From: a virus
Lineage: Duplodnaviria; Caudoviricetes
Length of the DNA stretch: 59,488 nt
IMG/VR virus record: IMGVR_UViG_3300020165_000023
Span: 1 to 59,488 of that record
Strand: one strand, 5' to 3'
Shown piece by piece: positions 18,396-27,200 of this stretch (positions are counted from its first letter, which is position 1; the number at the start of each line of letters is the position of its first letter). Made by a program: the position numbers and the translations under genes. The notes under the pieces are model-generated. The model did not search any database, had not been told where the DNA came from, and saw only the letters and a list, made by a program, of their open reading frames with translations.

Positions 18396-19118
18396 ATGTC
18401 TGAACTTTTTTACTTAGACTCTGATAACATTCTAAATCGTGGCGGAGTAGCTAACGATAACACCGGTGATACACTTCGTACCGCTGCGTTAAAGATCAAT
18501 ACAAACTTCCAGCATCTTGACTCTGCTGTTAATTCTGTTGTTAATACGTTAGACACTCATGACTCTGCCGCTGTTCTTGGTCAAATTAATGCAACTGTTA
18601 ACCAATCTTATGTTGACGCATTAGACACGCATGATTCCGCTGCGGTACAAGGTCAAATCGATGCAACTATTGCATTGACTGATACACACGACTCTGCTGC
18701 TGTCTTGGGTCAGATTAATGCAGTTAATGCAGCTGATGTAACGTTTGGTTCTGATATCACTGTTTCTGGTATTGGTAAGCCTAATACCGTCACTATTAGT
18801 GGTAATGGTGCACAAACTTATACATTAACTGATGGTAATACTGCAACACTTACAACTGATTCCGACAAGACTATTACTTTTGGTGGTGTTGCTTCTTCGA
18901 TTATTGGTTCTGGTTTTAGTATGATGATTAAGAACAGCGATGCTGATTCTGATCGCACTATTACATTCCAGGCGGAAGCTGGCAAGTCTGTTAAGTTTAA
19001 TACTGATAATACTTTGACAATCAATGCTAACGACTTTGGTGTTGCATCGGTTCTGGTATTTGACGCAAACACAATTCTCGTAACAGCTACGTCTCTCGAT
19101 AGCTCGCTGACATTCTAA
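18396..19118 (+). CDS. gp9/gp10-like baseplate fibre connector with three DTHDSAAV repeats
   Basis: N-terminal GGVANDNTGDTLRTAALKINTNF (gp9/gp10 N-terminal motif) followed by the repeats. Confidence 0.7.
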   Translation: MSELFYLDSDNILNRGGVANDNTGDTLRTAALKINTNFQHLDSAVNSVVNTLDTHDSAAVLGQINATVNQSYVDALDTHDSAAVQGQIDATIALTDTHDSAAVLGQINAVNAADVTFGSDITVSGIGKPNTVTISGNGAQTYTLTDGNTATLTTDSDKTITFGGVASSIIGSGFSMMIKNSDADSDRTITFQAEAGKSVKFNTDNTLTINANDFGVASVLVFDANTILVTATSLDSSLTF

Positions 19119-19130
19119 GGATAAACAAAG

Positions 19131-19886
19131 ATGGCTGTTAATTCACGTCAAGACCTAATTGATTACGCTCTTCGTGCGCTCGGTCATCCTGTTATCGAGA
19201 TTAACGTTGACGAAGAACAACTGGAAGATCGTGTAGATGAAGGTCTGCAGTTCTACCAGGAGTTTAATCAAGATGCAACTGTGCGTGCTTACCTGAAGCA
19301 TGTTATTACACAAACAGACATTGACAACGGTTATGTTACTGTTGCAAACGATGTATTGTTTGTTAAGCGTATGCTGCCTTTGCAGTCTGCTGGTGGTTCT
19401 GGTTCTGACGCATTGTTTAACCTCGATTACCAGATGCGCATGAACGACTTTAATAACATGTATGGTAGCGCTTCTGACTTTACTTACCATGAGCAAATGA
19501 AGATGCACATTGGTATGGTTGATATGAAGACTTCTGGTTACCCGACGGTTACATTCAATCGTTTACAAAACCGTTTGTACATTCATGGTGAGTTTACCGA
19601 CAACTCTATTTCTGTTGGTGATTACATTGTAATTGAGATTCTTCAGCTCGTTGATCCACAGACATATACTGAAGTATACAACGACATTTACCTGAAAGAA
19701 TATGTGACATCACTGGTCAAGCGTCAATGGGGTGCAAACCTTATTAAGTTTGAAGGTATGGTTCTACCTGGTGGTGTAACAATGAATGGTCGTCAGTTAT
19801 TCGATGATGCTAATGAAGACATTGCACGTCTTCGTGAAGAAGCACGTCTGACCTGGGAACGCCCAATCGATTTCTTTGTAGGATAA
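19131..19886 (+). CDS. gp13: Neck protein gp13
   Basis: RQDLIDYALRALGHPVIEINVDEEQLEDRVDE..., KRQWGANLIKFEGMVLPGGVTMNG, PIDFFVG. Confidence 0.93.
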   Translation: MAVNSRQDLIDYALRALGHPVIEINVDEEQLEDRVDEGLQFYQEFNQDATVRAYLKHVITQTDIDNGYVTVANDVLFVKRMLPLQSAGGSGSDALFNLDYQMRMNDFNNMYGSASDFTYHEQMKMHIGMVDMKTSGYPTVTFNRLQNRLYIHGEFTDNSISVGDYIVIEILQLVDPQTYTEVYNDIYLKEYVTSLVKRQWGANLIKFEGMVLPGGVTMNGRQLFDDANEDIARLREEARLTWERPIDFFVG

Positions 19887-19890
19887 TATT

Positions 19891-20736
19891 ATGAATCTGT
19901 TTACACCTAACTTACAATTTACATTAAATGCATCTAGTCTAACTGGGCCTGTAAGTCCTGGTGCATTTTTGCAGACTTTTGCAGATGGCGATGGTTTAGA
20001 TACTGGCGTAAATTTTGTACCGGGTACAGCTGGCTTGCGCCTGAACCGCTCATCATTTGTATTTGTAGTCCGGCCTCAGTCAAATTTAGAATATCAACCT
20101 TTTGTTACTTTGTATACTGGTGCTACTGCTTCAACTCAGTGTATTGGTAAAGTCCAAGATAATGGTGACACCAATCATAGATATGGTAATTTCGAAGGCG
20201 ACCTCAATCCATATTATGGTCATAACGTTGCTCCCAGCGCGCCAGCTGACGGAAGCGCCACTTATGGTGATTGGTTAATGATTGCCGGGGGTTTTAGTGG
20301 TGCTTTGTATAGTAGCTGGTTAATATCGAAAATTAACGGCTTAGACCCAAGCAGCAATAGAGGCGGCAGCAATTCTGGGACCAGCCACGATTTAACTGTA
20401 GAAGGTAGTGATATTCATCTTGGTTATCCGACGACTTTTGGCGGCAATAATGCTTTTGAGCTTGCAATGGTCAGAATTTATAATAGTCCTACAGCCCGAC
20501 TAACTGACGAACAGTCAACACAAATTTGGGATCATTGGGCTAGTAATAACCTGGCTTATTATAACAACAATAGTCAAACCCTGCCTTCATATAATGAGGA
20601 TGTAGAAGATTATACTACTGATCTTTTAGCTGAATGGGACTTTGCCAAAATGCCTGCAGGTGTACTACAAACAACAGCAGGTTCGGTTGGTACAGTTACT
20701 GGTAGCTTATCTGGTAATGCTGTCGTTACATCATAA
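19891..20736 (+). CDS. Hypothetical protein, possible LamG/ConA-like lectin domain
   Basis: Beta-rich; ELAMVRIYN...LTDEQ resembles the LamG terminal motif; inserted between gp13 and gp14. Confidence 0.55.
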   Translation: MNLFTPNLQFTLNASSLTGPVSPGAFLQTFADGDGLDTGVNFVPGTAGLRLNRSSFVFVVRPQSNLEYQPFVTLYTGATASTQCIGKVQDNGDTNHRYGNFEGDLNPYYGHNVAPSAPADGSATYGDWLMIAGGFSGALYSSWLISKINGLDPSSNRGGSNSGTSHDLTVEGSDIHLGYPTTFGGNNAFELAMVRIYNSPTARLTDEQSTQIWDHWASNNLAYYNNNSQTLPSYNEDVEDYTTDLLAEWDFAKMPAGVLQTTAGSVGTVTGSLSGNAVVTS

Positions 20737-20752
20737 GACACTAGGAAAATAA

Positions 20753-21625
20753 ATGCGTAACCGTTATTTTAATATCGGACTTAAGTCTGAACAAAACCTT
20801 TACGAAGATATTGCACTGGAGTCTATTAAGATCTTCGGTTACGATATGATGTATCTACCCCGCGAGATTCTCAACCAGGACAATGTAACTGGCGAAGATA
20901 TTATGTCGCGGTTTGAAGACGCATATCCAATCGAAATGTACATCGAAAACGTTGATGGTTTTGATGGTGAAGGTGATCTGTTCACTCGCTTTGGTGTTGA
21001 GATTCGTGACGCAGCAACCTTTGTTGTTGCACGTCGTCGTTTCCATCAGTCTGTTTCTACATATCAAGATTTTGATCGGCCGCGTGAAGGTGATCTAATC
21101 TACATGGCAATGTCTGATACCATCTTTGAGATTATGCATGTTGACAATGAAACATCCTTTTACCAACTAGAAAACCTTCCGCTGTTTAAGATGCGTGTTG
21201 AGCTGTTTGAGCATGCTGGTGAAGACTTCGATACTGGTATGGAATCTATTGACCTTCTTGATGATAAAGCATTCAACCAGGTACTGACTCTTGCTGATTC
21301 TGGTACAACACCGTTTGATGTAGGCGAAAACATTACTATCTTTACTGATAGCGCAAATGAACCAGCTCATATTGATGCTGAGGTTGTTTACTGGGATGAA
21401 AACGACGATAAGCTGACTATTGCACACATTGCGGGTAACGATGGTAAACTGGCTACTATTACAGATGGTCAAAAGATTACATCTACAGATACCGGCTTTA
21501 CCCGTACTATCGATACAAGTGAAGAAGAGTTTGGTATGGGTACAGCTGCACAAGATTCTGACACGCTCGATCTGTCTGGTTTGATCGATACTTCCTTCAA
21601 CAATCAGTTTGGTAACTTGAGCTAA
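20753..21625 (+). CDS. gp14: Neck protein gp14
   Basis: SEQNLYEDIALESIKIFGYDMMYLPR, IEMYIENVDGFDGEGDLFTRFGVEIRD, RPREGDLIY. Confidence 0.93.
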   Translation: MRNRYFNIGLKSEQNLYEDIALESIKIFGYDMMYLPREILNQDNVTGEDIMSRFEDAYPIEMYIENVDGFDGEGDLFTRFGVEIRDAATFVVARRRFHQSVSTYQDFDRPREGDLIYMAMSDTIFEIMHVDNETSFYQLENLPLFKMRVELFEHAGEDFDTGMESIDLLDDKAFNQVLTLADSGTTPFDVGENITIFTDSANEPAHIDAEVVYWDENDDKLTIAHIAGNDGKLATITDGQKITSTDTGFTRTIDTSEEEFGMGTAAQDSDTLDLSGLIDTSFNNQFGNLS

Positions 21626-22377
21626 TGTTTAATTACTTCTATCATGAAAAGACTCGTAAAGCTAAGATGATCTTTCAAGCTTTGTTCTCCAACATTAATG
21701 TTGTGCGTACAAAGAAAGACGGTACTGTAATTAACCAACAGAAGGTTCCAGTTAGCTACGCATCACGCAAACACTTTATTGAACGTATTGCAAATGATGA
21801 TGATACTGTTGCAATGAAGTTACCACGTATCTCTATTGAAATGACTGATATGATGCGTCGTTCAATGCACCAGTTGCCTAAGACCAATACTTTTATTACT
21901 AATGCAACTAATGGTCAGGTTAAGAAGTTTTATACGGCTACACCTTATCAGCTAAACTTCCAGGTAATCATTGCAACTAAGTCTGAAGATGATATGCATC
22001 AGATTGTTGAACAGATTATTCCTTACTTTGCACCAAGTTACACGATTACTATTAAGCCGTTTAATGATTACCCTGATATTAAAGAAGACATTCCTATTAG
22101 TCTTGCGTCTGTCTCACAAGAAGACAACTATGAAGGTATGATTGAAGATCGTTCGTCTTATTTTTACTACCTTGATTTCGAAATGCACACTGATTACTAT
22201 GGTCCAATTAGCGATACAAACATCATTAAGAAAGCAATCGTTGACTTCCATGATATGGATTCTGCTGAAAGCTTGATGACACGTATTACTGTTACACCTG
22301 ATCCTGCTTCAGCTGATGCTGATACTGGCTCATATATTACTACATATGTGCATCCTGGCCTTGGTGACAGCGCATAA
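21625..22377 (+). CDS. gp15: Tail sheath stabiliser / tail terminator gp15
   Basis: YFYHE..RK....F..LF.NI, KVPVSY, LPRISIE, PY.LNF, QIVEQIIPYFAP. Confidence 0.9.
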   Translation: MFNYFYHEKTRKAKMIFQALFSNINVVRTKKDGTVINQQKVPVSYASRKHFIERIANDDDTVAMKLPRISIEMTDMMRRSMHQLPKTNTFITNATNGQVKKFYTATPYQLNFQVIIATKSEDDMHQIVEQIIPYFAPSYTITIKPFNDYPDIKEDIPISLASVSQEDNYEGMIEDRSSYFYYLDFEMHTDYYGPISDTNIIKKAIVDFHDMDSAESLMTRITVTPDPASADADTGSYITTYVHPGLGDSA

Positions 22378-22380
22378 ATA
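22373..22380 (+). promoter_or_regulatory. Late promoter variant overlapping the gp15 stop codon
   Basis: CATAAATA about 30 nt upstream of the next ATG. Confidence 0.5.
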
Positions 22381-22411
22381 TATTCAAACAGATTTACAAG
22401 AGTAAGAGCAA

Positions 22412-22843
22412 ATGACGAAACAACTTATTTCCTTGGGTACATCAGCTAACGACGGAACCGGCGATACACTTCGTGACGCTGGTACAAAGCTGAACGCTAA
22501 CTTTACTGAGTTGTATGGTCTTGTACCAGGCGGTGAAGCACAGTTGATTTCCGGTTCATCTGTTGTTGCTCTCAATACAACTGACAATGTTTATTTGTTT
22601 AGTATGTCCAGCACACCAGCTGGTAACTTCACTCTGTCTGACGGTTCAATCGTTGGCGAAACTAAGCGAGTAATGAATAAGTCTGGTTCGAGTGTTTCTA
22701 TCTCGATCAATATTGGTGCATCTGGTCTTGCTGATGGCAACACTGGTTTGACACTTACCGATAATGTATTCTTTGATCTGGCATGGGACGGCACCAATTG
22801 GCATTGGGATCGTACCACTGACTCACGCGTAACCACATTCTAA
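22412..22843 (+). CDS. gp9-like baseplate wedge-fibre connector
   Basis: MTKQLISLGTSANDGTGDTLRDAGTKLNANFTELY. Confidence 0.75.
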   Translation: MTKQLISLGTSANDGTGDTLRDAGTKLNANFTELYGLVPGGEAQLISGSSVVALNTTDNVYLFSMSSTPAGNFTLSDGSIVGETKRVMNKSGSSVSISINIGASGLADGNTGLTLTDNVFFDLAWDGTNWHWDRTTDSRVTTF

Positions 22844-22855
22844 TAGGCAAGAACA

Positions 22856-24202
22856 ATGACAGCTATTGCAACAAACGCATTTAAAAAGACACTGATCGAA
22901 TCGCTTATCGCAGATGTGGCAGATTCTGATAACACTTATTACCTTGCTCTTGGTAAGGCGGATCAGTGGGACGAAAACGATACTGTACCAACAACGGTAA
23001 ACACTGTTGAAGAGGAACGTAAATTCCGTTCTAATATGCAGTCCATTAAGAAGATGGCTGACATTAGCTTCGTTTCTCCTCGTTACAACTGGTCATCTGG
23101 TACAACATACAATGCATTTACTGATGCAACTGCTCCGTCGGCTATCGGTGCTTACTATGTAATGACTGAATCTCAGCGTGTTTACATTTGTCTTGAACAA
23201 GGTAAAGATGCATTGGGTGTTTCGGTTATCTCTACAATTAACCCTGATACTATCGGTACTGTTACAACCGCAACACGTACGGCTGATGGTTACATTTGGA
23301 AATACTTGTTTACCCTGACTGCTTTGAATGCAAGTAAGTATCTTGCAGCAAACTTCCTTCCAGTTTCTAAGCTGACAACATCTGTATCTAATATTGAAAC
23401 GGCTCAGCTGGCTGTACAGAATGCAGCGGTTGCTGGTTCGATTGTTGGTTACCGCCTTGTATCTCCTGGTGCTGGTTACACAACCAGTGCAACAGCATCT
23501 GTTGTTGGTAATGGTACCAGTGCTGCATTGGATATTACGGTTGATGCTGGTACTGGTTCGATTATTAAAGTAGCTGTTAATGGTACGGGTTCAAGCCTGT
23601 CATTTGGTTCTGGTTACACTTACGCAGATATTGTTTTGTCAGAAAATGTTTCTGATCCAGCTGTTATTCGCCCAATCATTTCACGGGCTGGTATTGGTGC
23701 TGATCCACGTGATGATATTAATGCATCGTTCTCAATGTTCAATGCTAAGCCAGCTGGTGATGAAGGTGGTGACTTCCTAGTTGACCAAGACTTCCGCCAG
23801 GTCGGTATCCTTAAGAATCCAATTGGTAATGCAGACTCTGACATTAGTCTTTCGACTGCATCTGCTCTGCGTACTTTGACTGTTACTGGTGTTGCTGGTA
23901 CGTTTGCGGCTGATACTCTGGTACGTGGTGCTGTTTCAGGGGCTGGTGCGTACGTGAATAAATATAGTGGTAATACACTCTTTATCCACCAGAATGAAAC
24001 AACCGGCTTCAAACCATTTGATACAAATGAAGCTATTGCTGATTCTGATAACCCGACCACTAACACGGCAACGTTGAGTGGTTCGATTTCGGATGCTGAG
24101 TTTAACCCATTCACTGGTGACCTGCTCTACATTGAGAACAGAAACCCAGTAATTCGCGATGCGGCACAAACTGAAGATATTAAAATCATCTTCCAGCTTT
24201 AA
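22856..24202 (+). CDS. gp8: Baseplate wedge subunit gp8
   Basis: PRYNWSSGTTY, YYVMT...VYICL, ADGYIWKYLF, DFRQVGILKNP, GDLLYIENR.P..R...QTEDIKII. Confidence 0.9.
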   Translation: MTAIATNAFKKTLIESLIADVADSDNTYYLALGKADQWDENDTVPTTVNTVEEERKFRSNMQSIKKMADISFVSPRYNWSSGTTYNAFTDATAPSAIGAYYVMTESQRVYICLEQGKDALGVSVISTINPDTIGTVTTATRTADGYIWKYLFTLTALNASKYLAANFLPVSKLTTSVSNIETAQLAVQNAAVAGSIVGYRLVSPGAGYTTSATASVVGNGTSAALDITVDAGTGSIIKVAVNGTGSSLSFGSGYTYADIVLSENVSDPAVIRPIISRAGIGADPRDDINASFSMFNAKPAGDEGGDFLVDQDFRQVGILKNPIGNADSDISLSTASALRTLTVTGVAGTFAADTLVRGAVSGAGAYVNKYSGNTLFIHQNETTGFKPFDTNEAIADSDNPTTNTATLSGSISDAEFNPFTGDLLYIENRNPVIRDAAQTEDIKIIFQL

Positions 24203-24218
24203 GGTATAAGGTAAGAAT

Positions 24219-27200
24219 ATGACTAACCAATTTACGGATACAACCTTCTCGGTTACCTACAAAGACGACTTTGCGGATTCTGACAATTACCATCGCGTAT
24301 TGTTTAATTCCGGTCGTGCTCTTCAGGCGCGAGAGCTTACGCAAATGCAAACGATTATCCAGAAGGAAATCGAGCGCTTTGCTAATAACGTTTTCCGGAC
24401 TGGTTCACAGGTTAACCCTGCTGGTCTGACGCTTAACACGAACATGGAATTCGTTAAGCTTGCTGGTAACCCTGATATTTCCGACTTTGCTGTTGGTCAA
24501 ACTGTTACTGAGTCAAGCACTGGTATCGCTGGTTTGATTACTCGCATTGAATCTTATGTCGATGCTGAGAACCCGGCTACCTTTTATGTAACGTACACCA
24601 GCACCGTTGGAGGCACCTCCAGTGACGCTCTGGGCGACCGTGAGGCCTCTGTACGCTTTACTCCTGCTGGTACTATCACGAACGGAAATGGTACGTCTGT
24701 ATCCGTTCAAACAACCGATACGGAAGTCGATCCTGCTGTTGGTGTTGGTACGGCTGTTTCTGTATCTACTGGTGCATTCTATGCTGCTGGCCACTTTGTT
24801 CAGTGTAACCCTCAGACCATTATGGTTGATCGTTACTTTGCTTACCCAACCGCTCAGCTTGGTTTCCGTGTTGATCAAGACATTGTAACTGCTGATGATG
24901 CAATTGAATTGTACGACAACCAGAACGTTCTTCCTAACGAGACTGCACCAGGTGCTGACCGTTACCGTATTCGTTTGACACTGGTATCTGAGTACGATCT
25001 TTCTGCAACTGATAACTTTGTTTACCTCAACACTATTATTGATGGTATCTTCTTGGATGAAACCGAGAAAAGCACATACGGTATCATTGGTGATGAGATG
25101 GCCAAGCGTACTGCAGAAGAATCTGGTGACTACACTGTTGAGCCATTTAACATTGAACTCGAAACCGATCTGGCCGATTCTGACTTCCTTTTGATTGATA
25201 TCTCTGCTGGTACTGCATATGTCGATGGCTACCGGTATGCAACCGAAGCTAACACTGGTATTGCTCTTCCACGTGCACGCGAAACTAAAACGTTTAATAA
25301 TGATGTTTCTGCCGCTACATTTGGTAACTTTATTGAAATCGATGGTACAACAGCTAAGGGCTTCCCTAACGTTGATACGTTTGAAGCAATTAACTTGCGT
25401 GACTCTGCTGGTTACCTTGGTTCAACCATTGGTACAGCACGTGTTCGTTCTGTTGAAGCTTCTGGTTCAAACTACAACTACTACCTCTTTGATGTAAACA
25501 TGAATGCAGGTCAGAAGTTTAGTGAAGTACGTTCCATGGGTACTGCAACGACAGCTGTTGGTGATGTTGTCCTTGAGTACGGTAATGCACGCTTGAATGA
25601 TACCGCTAACAACGATCTGTTCTTTACTCTGCGTCATGATCGTCCACGTACCATGACTGATATTTCCCTGACTGTTCAGCGTCGTGAGACAGTAACACTG
25701 GACGGTTCTGGTGTTGGTACACTGACATTGACTGCTGGTGACGAAACCTTTACTGGTACAAATAGCTGGATTATTTCACGTACTTCTGATGGTGTATTGA
25801 TTGACGCTGATTCTATTACCGGTTCTGGTACTTCTTCTGCTACTATCACTCATGCAACATCTGCTAGTGAAACAATTGAAATCCTCACACAAGTAAACAA
25901 AGGTGCGGGTGAAGTACGTACTAAGACACTGACTGAAACAACTGCAACTGCTGCAATTGATTCTGACGGTAATGGCTTGCGCTTTGTTGCACTTGGTAAA
26001 GCAGACATTTACGATCTTGAACGTATTACTAGCATTGATTCTGACGGTGTATCGCTTGCTGATTTGTTTACTTTTGATAATGGTCAGCGCGATAACTTCT
26101 ACGATCAAGGTCGCTTGATTCTTAATCCTGGTCAAACTGCACCAACTGGTAATGTATTTGTGCGTTACACATACTTTGCACATGGCGCAACTGGTGACTT
26201 CTTCTCGGCTAACTCTTATGAAGGACAAGTTAACTACAACGCAATTCCTGTATTTAGTAAAAAAGATGGTACTATTATTGAGTTGCGTAATGTTCTTGAC
26301 TTCCGTTCCCGTAAAGATGATACGGGTGCAAACTTTTCTGCAGCAACTGCACGGGTTAATGAGCTACCGTTGAACACTGATACGGTTCAAGCTGACATTG
26401 ATTACTACATGCCGCGTAACGATACACTGGTATTGAATAAAGACGGCACGTTTGCACTTATCGATGGTACCTCTGCATTTGATCCTAAGTACTCAGCTCT
26501 TCCTGAAGGTGCAATGGCACTGTATACTCTGCAGCTGAACGCTTACACTGATGATGAAAACGATGTTAATATCGGTTATATTGATAATCGCGGTTACACC
26601 ATGAAAGACATTGGTGCAATTGAAGATCGTGTTGAGCGACTTGAAGAAATTACTACGTTGAACTTGCTTGAAGCCGAAACGTCTAAGATTGAAGTTCTTG
26701 ATGCAGACGGTAACAACCGTTTCAAGACTGGCTTCTTTGCAGATAACTTCTCTGATGCTTCTTATAGTGATATGAAGAGTAATGAGCAACGTGTGTTCTT
26801 TGATACTAATGCTGAACTAATTCGTCCGCCGGTTGTATCTAACCCAATTCGTATGTTCTTGGATTCATCTGCTTCAACTAACGTTAAACTCATGGGTAAC
26901 CATGTATTGATGAATTACGTTGACTCTGATGTATTGATTCAAGATTATGCGTCTGAGTTTGAAAACGTTAACCCATTTGGTGTTATTAGCCATTGGGGTA
27001 CAGTTGAGCTTTCACCTGAAGTTGATTATCAGGTAACCGTTAATTTTGGTAAAGCACAGCAGCTAGTTAAAAAATATTACGAACTTAAGCAGTCGGCTAG
27101 CTATGATTCACGCAAAAAACAAATCCGTGAAGAGTTCAATGCATTGGTTGGTAGTTCTTTATCTATCGAAGCATTCAAGCCGTCAGTTACTACTAACGCA

